DNA of 63,997 nt, the filler included, from Jimgerdemannia flammicorona (Eukaryota): NCBI GenBank assembly GCA_003990765.1. It is 3 parts of 3 records of this genome, joined end to end, with 100 filler letters (N's around TTAATTAATTAA, not from the genome) between each part and the next. Parts side by side here need not be neighbours in the genome. Positions count along the whole stretch, not along the records: positions 1 to 21,570 come from RBNJ01001426.1; positions 21,671 to 43,227 come from RBNJ01001427.1; 1 more part is not named here. One strand, written 5' to 3'. The notes under the pieces were generated by a model. It saw nothing but the letters and a program-made list of their open reading frames with translations, did no database searches and was not told the origin of the DNA. The first letter of the stretch is position 1. The number at the start of each line of letters is the position of its first letter. The position numbers were made by a program, and so were the translations under genes. Shown here in pieces: positions 12,824 through 24,550 of the stretch.

Positions 12824-14317
12824 TGTAACAGTGACTCCAGAATGATAACATCAGTACAGGAGACAACCTTTTCTTACAAGCCACTAGATCAGAGCACAAG
12901 AAGATCATATGACATATAAGATAAGTAATGATAACTAACTGTGAGTCATTGTGACCACAGTATGAGTATCTTGAGAATTATAAAAGAAGGATCAAGGAAC
13001 TGCAGTAACAGCAACCAATAAGACCCACCAATCTCTAAATAGCTCAAAGACTTACTATAAATGAAATACCTACTGCTCACTAAACCTCAAGGTCAAGGAA
13101 CCACCAAAACACCTCAGTTGAAGAAAGGATGTTCTAAGACATCAGAAGAGCTATGAGGATCTGTACAAAAAGAACTCCTAGTATCAACCTGGGTACTGAT
13201 GACCCTTATCATTATATTCTCTACTGCTATAAAATGGGAATAAGGATCACCATTGCTACCAAATACCTCCAAATGTGGCAGGAGTATAAAATAAGAAACC
13301 TCCTCTACCAAGAGTTTCCACAGGCCAGCCCTCAGAAGTTACAAGATACTACTCTCATGGATATACATAAAGCAAGAACAGCTAAGAAGATTCATCAGAT
13401 CTTCAGGCATATACCATAGTCAATCCCCAACTTAGAGTATATTAGAGTCTCAGACTTCAGAGACCTTTCAGCCCACCATATCAATGCACTAGAAGCCAGG
13501 GTGGCTACAGAAGCCCAGTCCACTATCACCCTCAATAGTGATGAAGTAGAAGACTTCTGGCATCCCATCCTCCAGAACAATCCAGACCAATTTCTACAAG
13601 AATTGATCTCAGTATTCTAAGACCCAAGTATCCAGATTAGACCTCCCCAAGACCTCACATTTGTCCCCTATTTCATGGAAGAGAACCTTATAGACTGGAG
13701 AGCTCCAGACCTCCTTATTCCTGCTGCTGCTAAATGTGATGACATTATTGACAATGACATCATCCTGTATGACCTATACAATAATAATGAAACAGATGAA
13801 ACATTTACAGATCTCATCTCCTTTGAAGACATCCTGACCTCAGATGAGAATGAAGCCTCTATGATCCTGAACATTTTGCTCTAAAGTTCCTTGGTTATAC
13901 TGAATTATTTCAGCACCATTTTTCTGTATCATCAAAATTATACTAGTATCTTGAACCTGTGCAACCATCTGTGCTAACTCTGGAACTTGGCAGTTTTCCA
14001 TATCCTGGTATTTTATTTCAGTTATTGGAATTTATATTTAGCTTTATATCTTACCAACTATTGAATTATATTTTGTATAAATACCCCTCTTATTTCCTCT
14101 GAAATAAAGTTAGTTCCTCTCAGTACAATACATACAATTTCTTGCAAGTAATCTAAAGAGATAACAAGATAGTTTAAAGATAAGAAGTTTGAGGACTATA
14201 AGACCTTAGGAAGGTACTCCAATAAGAACTTGCTTATAACAAACTTGAGTTAGTCTAAGAGATACATCTTGAAGAGAATCTGACATATTTGAAGGACTCA
14301 GTGATCACTATATGACA
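12824..14317 (+). repeat. Family A 3' LTR containing the disrupted LTR ORF (13066-13884)
   Basis: TGTAAC immediately after the PPT; ends tgaca; ORF pieces 13153-13419 and 13675-13884. Confidence 0.92.
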
Positions 14318-14646
14318 ATAGATATTCTAAGAGAGTTAGAGAATTCTACTTCTATAGTAGAGTGAATTCTTGATTTCTCTAAGTAAATTATATATCTTAT
14401 AATACTGTCAGAGAAATCTATTAAGTCTTCTTTCTTATCTGCTTCTTATGATCTTGAGTTACTAGAGTTCTAAAAATCTATATCTAGGTCTGATTATAGA
14501 AAGAGATCAAATTCATCTCTTATATAATTTGGATAGTCTGTCTATTCTTTTTTTTTATCTTCTGAGTTGAAAGATTAATAGTCTTTCTTCTCATCTTTGG
14601 AATCAGAGACTTCAAAATATCTGAGATCTATTAATATTATAGTTAT

Positions 14647-17600
14647 TATTGAGATAGTAGCTCAATATATCAATATATGATTATGCCATTCTATCAGATT
14701 TATATCATTTATCAGTAAAGCATAAAATATATGCCCTATGAAACTTCAATAAAATATCTCTCTTTACAATAAAGATTATGAGCCCTGCTAGCACTAAGTA
14801 GCTATAGCAAAAATATCTCTTTAAAATACACTATACTAGGAATGTCTGATGATCAGTCTAGTAATGTGAGTATAGAAATAGATATACCAATTATGAGCAT
14901 TCTACCAACCATGAGTATAACTACCTCAACAGTTACAGGAAATATAGTTTCAGTTATAAGTATAAATACAGCCAAGAGATCTATCCTTATCTTTGATAGA
15001 AGAGACTATACTATTTGGACATTTCATTTGATGAATCTATTTGATAAATGCAGCTTTGTAGAGTATATAAAGCCACAAGCACTAATTTAAAATTATAATA
15101 CTGCAAATGATTACTGAGTATTATATAAGATCATATTCATATTGTTAAATTCTCAAATGAAGCTCATAGTATACTACAATAGCTCATGAGGTATAGAAAG
15201 CTCTATGCAATCATCATATGTAAGCATTTGCATTAAATCAATTCCACTTGAAATCTCAGCTATTCAATCTTTAAATAATTTCTAAAAAGAGCATCTATAA
15301 ATACACCAGTCATATTGATGATCTGGTGAATCAAGTAAATTCTCTCAGTATATCTACAGATTATATTGGGAATGAAGACAAGGTTATAGTACTTATAAGA
15401 GGACTTCTGGATATATATAATATTATAGTAATAGCTATACATGAGGGCAGTAGACTTACAAATTATATCTATATAATAATAAGTCTCATAAATAAGAAAA
15501 TATATTAAGGAAATAGTACCAATAATGATGAAAACACCTTCTATAGGTCTTGCAGATACAGTGTCAAATAAGGTCAAAAGTACAGACAATAAGGCCAAAG
15601 AGGATAAATCTAAACCCAAGCTCAATAACATGACAACCAGTCTACCAATCAATCAACCAAGTATGACAGTTACTATAGATACTGCAGCAAGTATGAACAC
15701 AGGAAGCAGCATTGCTATAGTTGGGAAAATAACAAAGAGAGCAGTAAAAATAAGCATAAAAAAAGCCAGCATTAGTAATATAGAAATAGCAGAAAAAACT
15801 ATTGAGGGAAGTGTGGTAATATAAATACTACTGAAACTGATAAAAGCAGTAATCTATTTTTTGCACAAGCTACTAATTCCACTACTAATTCTATTAGTAC
15901 AAGATCTACATCTACAAAATCTGGCAGAAGAATAACAATTTTAGACTAAAAAGTCACACTAATTCCACCAGTACCAGTTCTGCCAGTACAAGATTTACTA
16001 TTAAATCCACAACCTATCATTTATGAATTCTGGTCAACAGCAAAAGCAAAACACTTTTCACCTAATAAAAAGTGATAATGATATCAGTTATATATATAAT
16101 AAATATACTACTAACCCAGCTAATGACAATGATGTCTAGTTAATAGATTCTGGAGCAATATAATATATGATACTATATAGAGAATAGTTCTCTATATATG
16201 AGCCTTTTAAGTACTCTGTATCTATCAAATTAGGAGATAACAATATTATCTATACTCAAGGAAAGAGAAATGAAGAGATATATCTCTATAGCAATATTAT
16301 AGAACTCACTAGCACTTTTCTAGATATACTATATACTCTAGAAATTAGCAAGAACCTCTTTTCAATAGTGACATAGCAACAAAGTTATATATATATTCAA
16401 AAGGTACAACAGTGTATAATTTGCATGATAACAAAAGATTAATAATAGCCTCAAAGTGAGACAATCTTTATATAATCAATAGGATACTGAATAGTATGAA
16501 AGCCTCTGCTTATATAACAAATATATCTGATACATCTAATATATAGTATCAATGCTTAGAACATATTGGTAAGAAAAGTCTTAAACATATATTAAAAAGC
16601 AGCTTAGTGAGTAGATTGCTGATATATATATATCCAGAGGATAACTTTTGCAAAGTATATATAGAAAACAAAGCTTCCTAGCAACTATTTGAAAAATGAT
16701 TGAAGTGTGTCTTGGGAATTCTTGATCTCATTCATACTGATATATGTAGCCTAATGCATACCTCATCACACTTCAAAAAGAGATATTTTCTGATATTTAT
16801 TAATAATCATATATATAAGACATATATATATTTTCTATCAGTAAAGAGCAAAGTCTTAAGAATTCAAAGCAATCACCAAGAATGAAATAGGATATAGAAT
16901 ATACACTATATGCTCTGATAATGGATATGAATATATCAACAATATATTCAGATAATTCTTGACAAAATACAGTATAAGCCATCAGATAATAGCTCCTTAT
17001 ATATCTCAGTAAAATGATATAGCCAAGCAATTTAACTATATAGCTATAGGAATGGCATATATAATGATCAATATAGCTGGGTTAGGATATTCCTATTGGG
17101 CTAAAGCCATCAATATAGTAGTATACAACTGCAATAGATATATATCTCAATTATTAAGCAAGAGTTCTAGCAACAATAAGTATTTTAGAAATAATGATTA
17201 TATCTCTGAAAAATTATAGAGCAGATCCAAGCAGAATATATCTCATTTATATATATTTGGATATAATATATATATCTTTGACAAAAGTTATACTATCCAG
17301 TATAAATTCAAACTCAAGATAAGCAAGTACATATTTCTTGAGTATTCTGGCAAAGCATATAGGCTATGAGATCCATGCAAGTAGTTTATAGTTATATTAT
17401 GTAATATATAGTTTAGAGAAAAAGAAAATAATAAGGAGATCTATATAGAAGTACTGGTTGAGATCTCTATATCTATATCTCAGCCACTGTTATAACTAAT
17501 GCCAGTTTTTCAACTATCATCCACCTCTCTAGTGGTCAATTAAAATTATTTTCAACTACTATATAAGTCTGAGCCAAGAATAACAAAGATCAAAAATAAT

Positions 17601-19666
17601 GATGGTAAATTCTCTAACAATAAGAGATCCTCTATGAAAAGTAAGCAAAAGTACTCCAACATTTGCTGAGAAACTCATTCTAATTTAGGAAATTATTAGG
17701 ATATACTAGCAAGCTCTAGATAGTAAAAAGGACTATATGAGCTATATTGAAGTATATGAGTATATATATATTATGATATCTTCTAGTGAGCCAAGGATAT
17801 ATGATGAGGCTATACAATGTTCTAATAATAAGAAATGGCAATATATAATAGATGAGAAATACAATTCACTCATCAAAATAGTATATAGAAATCTTGTATC
17901 TCTTTCATCAAACCATCAAGCAATCAGGTCCAAGTGAGTGTATAGAATAAAGTGCAATGCTGATAGTAATGTAGAGTAGTATAAAGCTCATTTAGTTGCT
18001 AAGAGTTATTTACAAGATTATGACATAGACTACAACAAGACATTTTTATCTGTATTCAAGCTTACTTTGCTTAGAATACTCCTTGCAATCAGTGTACTAT
18101 ATAATCTCAAAATTTATCAAATGAATGTAAAGATAGTATTCCTAAATAGTAATATAGATACTAAACTATATATCTATTAACTGCAAGGATACAAAAATAG
18201 TAAGCTCATATACAGATTATATAAGAGATATATGGCATCAGACAAGCAGTATAGCTATAGAATAAAAGAATTAATAAACATCTCCTTGACAATAGATTCA
18301 TACATTGTAAAGTATATATCTAGTATTATAATAATGATGGTATAGTATTTATTAGTATATAGTTTGATAACATTATTATTATTGCCAGTAAGAATAGACT
18401 TAATAGAGTTAAAGAAACTCAATACTGAGAATTCAAGATGACCAACATGGATAATACATACTTCTTTTTGGAGATATTGATTATATATAATAGAAATATA
18501 CATATCATACATCTCTCACAAGAAACTTATATCAAATCCATCCTCAAATGCTTTAATATGAGTGAATATAAGCCTGTTAACACCCTGATAGAGACTTTTG
18601 TAAAGTTAAGAAAGTCTGATAATATGTCTAAGAATAACAACAATATGCCTATCAAGAGTACTACTACTAATATTCCCTATTGACAAGCAATTGGTTCCCT
18701 TATATATCTAATACTTAGAATGAAGCCTGATATATCCTATATTATCAATAAAATAATACAGTGTTACTTATACTATGATAATATGCATTAGATGGTAATT
18801 AAGAGGATTTTCTAATACTTAAAGAGATCAGTATACTATATGCTTACATTAAGTAGAGATATTAGATTGAGTGGGAGCAATGGCTAGAGTAATGACAAGA
18901 GCAATAGTAAGAGCAATAGCAAGAGCAACAAGATTTGGCAATCTGGTACATATGATACCAATTGGGTCAGAGACTTAGATGACTATCAGTCTATAATTAA
19001 ATACCTCTTTTACATCAGCAAAAATAACAAAGAGTCTATTGTCTTATGGCAAATTCATAAACAAATCTCTATTATAATCTCATTTATACAAGCTGAATAT
19101 TAGACATTATCATTAGTAATAAAGAAAGCTATTTGGCTCTATAAACTATTAAAAGAGCTCAGCTTTACTCAGAGGAACCCTACATTGATCAGATAAGACA
19201 ACCAATCTACAATAACACTTGCTAAAAATCTGATACATTATAGCAGAATGAAACATATTAATATATAGTATCATTTTGTATGAGAATGTATAGAAAACAA
19301 TACTATATATTTAGAATATATCTCCATAGAGTATATAATCACTGATTCACTTACAAAAGCTCTTTCAAAGCTGAAGTTTGAATAATATATTAAAGAAATA
19401 GATCTTATAAGCTATATACCAGCATTTGGTTGATAATGAGATATTTTTCAGGCTCTTAAAAGCCTCTTACACTATATATATATTAGTTACATCTCTCATC
19501 TATAAGAGAATTACATACTTTACATTCTTTATCTATGGATAGATATTTCAGATATTTTAGATATATTTTGAAATACTTTTTAACCTATAAAAATTCCTTA
19601 AATATAGGATTTTATATAGTAAATTGGGTTATATACAGTTCAAGTTTTGTATGTATTATATATTAC

Positions 19667-19704
<38 letters not shown>

Positions 19705-19880
19705 TAGTATATATTATATTCTTTTTTTATAGATATACATCTTATTGAGTGGGAGTATTGGGATGGCAACTCCATATATCAATATATGATTATACCATTC
19801 TATCAGATTTATATCATTCATCAGTAAAGCATGAAATATATGATCTCTGCAACTTTAATAAAATGCCTCTTTTTACAATA
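14647..19880 (+). mobile_element. Ty1/Copia LTR retrotransposon, heavily degenerate
   Basis: 125-bp LTRs at 14647-14771 and 19756-19880; TSD GTTAT (14642-14646, 19881-19885); PPT gagtgggag. Motifs *LIDSGA (PR), LDLIHTDIC (INT), RT (YKAHLVAKSY) and RNase H (QAEY, HSRMKHINI) in Copia order PR-INT-RT-RH. Confidence 0.9.
14774..14787 (+). other. Copia PBS complementary to the anticodon arm of initiator tRNA-Met
   Basis: gattatgagccctg versus GGTTATGAGCCCTG (one G>A change), the half-tRNA-iMet PBS type of Drosophila copia and yeast Ty5. Confidence 0.8.
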
Positions 19881-20736
19881 GTTATAAATATAATTATAAT
19901 TAGATCTTTCTCTTACTTCTGTCAGAGTTTCTCTTATAGATTCAGATCTCATATCCTTAATAGAGGAGAGATAGCTAAACTTGAATTAAGTCTGATAGTT
20001 CTTATAGTTGTTTTCTTTCTTAAGATATTAGACTATAGTATAATGTACTGGCTTAATAAAAGTAAATTATAAGAGTGAGTAACTATATAAATTAGCTTTA
20101 GCTCTTAGTTATTTTATTAAAAAGTATCAATTGATTTCTAAAGTATATATTCTTCTTATTTATATAATATGGACAGTTTTAGCTAATTTCTCTTAATAGA
20201 TATAGATTCTGTATAACATAGTAATTTACTTATAATATAGTTAAGTTCTTAAGATTTTGTATAGTAAGTAGACCAAAATGATAGATAATTTAAGTTATTT
20301 AGACTTAATCTGGTAATTAGACCATAATTAGTAGACTTTTTTATATCAGAAAGTAGACTAGAGTAGAAAAGAAATAAAGCTTACAATTTCTTAACAGTAA
20401 CTCATTAGCAGATATATCTCTTAGTATTATAATTTTTTCTTGATTAAGATACTTTTGCTAGATATTTCTCCTAAGTATACTAGTTAATTAAATTTCACTT
20501 TTCTTTAATATTTTTTACTGAGGTTAATTTACTTAAATCTCTGAGGTATTTTATATAAATATGGTTAATATCTGATTACTATCTGAGTAATTATTGAATA
20601 TATAGTAGAACTAATTTAGAGATAGTATGATTATCTATTTTCTTGGAAGATGAGTGTTCTTTATAGACTTAGAATGAGTATTCTATTTGAGTCAATATCT
20701 AGCTATAATATCTAAATGAAAAACAAATTGAACTAT

Positions 20737-21570
20737 AGGTGGGGGGTGGTGGATGGAGTACACTGGATAGGTCTGTACTAGCAAGGAAATGAGGGAGAGG
20801 TGCTGTGGGGTCCAGCTATGTGGCAGTGGGACAGACTCCTTCTGGGGGGTATACTGCTTGTTGAGTTTGATATTAGTGATGGGGTGGAGGGTCAGCAGGG
20901 ACTTGGCCAGAATCTTTGGCTGAGCAGTTAACAGATGGTGGAGATTGGTGAGGAGTGGGACTGAGCAAGAGTCTGGTCATGGAGTGCTGAGGTGTAGAGG
21001 TAGCTTCCTCTCAAGTTCTGAGTAGTATGGTGGTGGATACTGAGAAGGAATGTTATGTTAAATTTCCATACTGGGTATCTAGTAGATAGTGGTCAATTTG
21101 ATTATAAGGAGTGTTATAATACAGAGCAAGTTGGGGGATTTGTATAAACACCAGAACATTGGCTAGGGGAGTGTGAAATTTTTGGGGACTTTTGGATAGT
21201 AGTAGGAGACCAGCTGGGTGTAGTGAGGAGGTCAGATAGAGAGAGAGGTCACTGGGAGGATTTGAAATCTCATTTAGTGAGAGGTGTCAGCAATAGTTGG
21301 CTCACTGTAGAGTGGGTTTTAGTAGTGTAGGTAGGGCTGGCTAGATATTGGCTTTTTGTTTTTGAGAAGAGATGACAGATGGGTGTCCAGGAGAAGTTGT
21401 TAAGATGGGAGGGGTTGTTGGGTAATTTGCTGACTGGGTGGTGGGTTGGTTGGGGCCCCCAGGGTGGGCAACATCACTGACTGGTAGAAGGGATCTGTGA
21501 ACAGAGTGGTGGGCAAGTGGAGCTGGTGTCAGATAAAGTGGTCTTTCATTACGAGGGAGTAGGGGGGGGG
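20737..21570 (+). mobile_element. LINE 3' fragment (same family as 54811-60564), cut by the assembly gap
   Basis: Aligns with 61130-61950 and with the reverse complement of 54950-55760. Confidence 0.82.
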
Positions 21571-21670
21571 NNNNNNNNNNNNNNNNNNNNNNNNNNNNNN
21601 NNNNNNNNNNNNNNTTAATTAATTAANNNNNNNNNNNNNNNNNNNNNNNNNNNNNNNNNNNNNNNNNNNN
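21571..21670. other. Artificial contig spacer (44 N + TTAATTAATTAA + 44 N)
   Basis: Six-frame-stop linker flanked by Ns; exactly 100 bp. Confidence 0.97.
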
Positions 21671-21699
21671 CCAACACATACGACAAGGCAAGAAGAACC

Positions 21700-22700
21700 A
21701 TGTGGTGGCCCAAGATGGAAGAAGACCTGCGCCAATTTGTCAAAGGGTGTGACAAGTGCCAAAAACAGAAACAAGATCAGCAAGACCAGGCACCCAGGTC
21801 ATCAAGAATTGAGCCTATCTCCTTCCACTACATCGCAATGGATATCATTGGACCACTACCAGTAACACTATCAGGAAACCGCTATATTATAGTTATTGTA
21901 GACCTCTTCACCAAATGGATAGAGGCAGGAGCATTACAAGAAGCCAATGCCCTCTCTATAGCTGACTTCCTGCACCAAGAAATCATCTGCCGCTACAAGA
22001 CACCAAAGCAAATCACAACAGACCGCGGAACGGAATTTGTCAATGGATTCCACGAGATAATATATCAGAAATACAAGATCCAGCACATCAAGACCACCGC
22101 GTACCACCCTCAAGGAAATGGACAGACAGAGAGAACCAACAAGACCCTCAAGAACATCCTAGCAAAGATCTCAGAGACATATGAGAATTGGGATAACTAT
22201 CTCCCAACCGCCCTCTCTGTCCTACGAGACATATGGTCACAGAGCACACATTTTACCCCAAGAGAGCTGCTCTTCGGAGAAGAAGATTCTGATGGAACCT
22301 CAGCCACAAATCTAGACCTAACTTGGAGATGGGTTGATGCAGAAATCCGGAGACTACACCAAATCAGGAAGAAGGCTGAAGATTACATCACCAAGTCACA
22401 AGCGCTGATAAGGAAGAATGCGGAAAAGAATCACAAGGCCCTAGAACCCATCCGAATTGGAGAAAAGGTTCTACTGTATCGAAATATGGTAGAAGCCTCA
22501 TGGTTGTGAAAACTGGAACCCAAATGGGAAGGACCCTTTTACGTGCAAGATATCAAGGGAACTACCTTCTGGCTTAGAAAAATCTCAGGGACTATACTGC
22601 CTACTACAGTACACAGGAACAGACTCAAGAAGTACCACGAACCTATACAAGAGAAGCAAAACGTAATGACTGCCTGTGAGGTTCTAGTCCGCGAATCGTA
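21700..22700 (+). pseudogene. Family A integrase (269-aa open stretch, one CGA>TGA stop at 22507, continues to stop at 22700)
   Basis: CDKC zinc-finger half, MDIIGPLP, TDRGTEF, YHPQGNGQTERTN (DDE core), then KWEGPF C-terminal domain. Confidence 0.93.
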
Positions 22701-23254
22701 ACAGTATGTCCTGTGACCAGCAGGCTATCTGTCTGGACTATTCTCTAAGGGATATGGCACTGGCAACTACTCATCCGTGAGACTTTCGCAGTCAGAGGAG
22801 TTCGAACCGTCAACTGATTGGTCAAGATCAGAATCAGGCCCTTGCTCTATATGAAGGGAGCGACCCTTCACTATCACGCCAAAATACAAAGGGAAGATGC
22901 TAGCCCATAAACACTAGTTTTCGACCCCTTGCCAGAGTTTATGGGATCAGCAAATTTTTCAGGACTGGACCAATGAATAAGGATGCTCAGGAAGATCCTT
23001 ATTCAGGAGGAAGATGTAACGGTGACCCCAGAATGATGATATCAGCACAGGAGACAGCCTTTCCTTACAAGCCACCAGATCAAAGCACAAGAAGATCATA
23101 TGGTATACGAGATGAGTAATGATGACCAACTGTGAGTCATTGTGACCACAGCACAAGCATCCTGAAGAATATAAAAAGGATCAAGGAACTGCAGTAGCAG
23201 TAATCAACAAGAACCACTAATCCCAAAATAGCTCAAAGACTTACCACAAACGAA

Positions 23255-24073
23255 ATGCCTGCCACCTGCCAAACCTCAAGATCAAGGAACCACCAAGGCA
23301 CCTTGGTTGAAGAAAGGATGTTCCAAGACATCAGAAGAGCCATGGAGATCCGCTCAAGAAGGACTCCTAGTGTCAACCTGGGTACTGCAGACCCCTATCA
23401 CTTCATCCTCTACTGCTGTGAAATGGAAACAAGGATCACCATCACCACCGAATGCCTCCAAATGTGGCAGGAGTGCGAAATAGGAAACCTCCTCTGCTGG
23501 GAGTTCCCACAGGCCAGCACCCAAGAGCTACAAGATGCCACTCTCATGGATATACATGAAACGAGGACAGCTAAGAAGATCCATCAGATCTTCAGGCATG
23601 CACCATGGTCGATTCCCAACTTGGAGTATGTTAGAGTCTCAGATTTCAGAGACCTGTCATCTCGCCGCATCAATGCACTAGAAGCCAGGGTAGCTACAGA
23701 AGCCCAGTCCACTATCACCCTCAACAGTGAAGAAGTAGAAGACTTCTGGCACCCCATCCTTCAGGACAACCCAGACCAATTCCTGCAAGGATTGATCTCA
23801 GTATTCCAAGGCCCAAGCATCCGAGTTAGATCCCCCCAAGACCCCACATTTGTCCCCTATTTTGTGGAAGAGAACCTCATAGATTGGAGAGCTCCAAATC
23901 TTGTCCCCGATTTCTCCGCTGAACGTGATGACGTCATCGGCGATGACGTCATCCCGCGTGACATCGACATACGCGAAGCACGCGAAAACGACGAATTCGC
24001 GGATCTCATCTCCTTCAGTGATGATGATGATGATGATGATGAAGCCCCCATGGTCCTGAACTTTCTGCTCTAA
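23255..24073 (+). CDS. Intact 272-aa protein of unknown function encoded inside the family A LTR (U3)
   Basis: ATG-to-stop ORF wholly within LTR 23015-24550; TATAAAA at 23170; same length in two other LTR copies; acidic C-terminus. Confidence 0.8.
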   Translation: MPATCQTSRSRNHQGTLVEERMFQDIRRAMEIRSRRTPSVNLGTADPYHFILYCCEMETRITITTECLQMWQECEIGNLLCWEFPQASTQELQDATLMDIHETRTAKKIHQIFRHAPWSIPNLEYVRVSDFRDLSSRRINALEARVATEAQSTITLNSEEVEDFWHPILQDNPDQFLQGLISVFQGPSIRVRSPQDPTFVPYFVEENLIDWRAPNLVPDFSAERDDVIGDDVIPRDIDIREARENDEFADLISFSDDDDDDDEAPMVLNFLL

Positions 24074-24312
24074 GTTCTTTGTTACACTGGACAATGCCAG
24101 CACCGGTATTCTCATGTAACACCAGATAATGCCAGCACTGGTATTCTGAGGTGACGCAAAATTGTTCCAGCACTGGCATTTTGATGTGACACTGGATAAT
24201 GCCAGCATCCTGAACCTGTGCAACCAACAATACCAGCCCTGGAACTTAGTAGTTTTAGTTATTGAAATTTATATTTAGCTTTATATCTTAGCAACCATTG
24301 AATTATATTTTG

Positions 24313-24345
24313 TATAAATACCCCTCTTATTTCCTCTGAAATAAA
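24313..24345 (+). promoter_or_regulatory. Likely LTR core promoter (TATAAATA) and poly(A) signal (AATAAA)
   Basis: TATAAATA at 24313-24320 and AATAAA at 24340-24345, conserved in all three family A LTRs. Confidence 0.6.
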
Positions 24346-24550
24346 GTCAGTCTTCTCAGTGCAATACACACACTTCCTTGCAAGCAATCTAAGAGATAAC
24401 AAGACAGTTAAAGATAAGAAGTTTGAGGATTATAAGACCTTGGGAAGGCACTCCAATAAGAACTTGCTTATAACAACTTGAGTTAGTCTAAGAGATATAC
24501 CTTGAAGAGAATCTGGCGTATTTGAAGGACTCAGTGACCACTACGTGACA

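Larger units (their letters stand above)
5639..14317 (+). mobile_element. Ty3/Gypsy LTR retrotransposon family A, full length, inactivated (gag-PR-ZnF-dUTPase-RT-RH-INT, no chromodomain seen)
   Basis: Direct repeats 5639-7139 and 12824-14317; TGG PBS at 7143; PPT (ttcaggaggaaga) before 12824; domain order PR-RT-RH-INT; numerous C>T/G>A stops. Confidence 0.93.
21671..24550 (+). mobile_element. Second, much less mutated family A copy (integrase, PPT, 3' LTR 23015-24550)
   Basis: Aligns with 11482-14317 but retains many CpGs and a long open integrase frame. Confidence 0.95.

Noticed and set aside
5635..14321. Target-site duplication for the full family A copy
   Set aside because: The flanks ATAA and ATAG match only as 4 bp with one G>A change; too weak to assert.
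21615..21626. TTAATTAATTAA as a biological motif (piggyBac TTAA or PacI site)
   Set aside because: It is centred within N runs at both gaps, so it is an assembly linker.
23255..24073. LTR ORF interpreted as an env gene
   Set aside because: It lies downstream of the PPT inside the LTR and has no evident signal peptide, furin-plus-fusion-peptide arrangement or transmembrane anchor.
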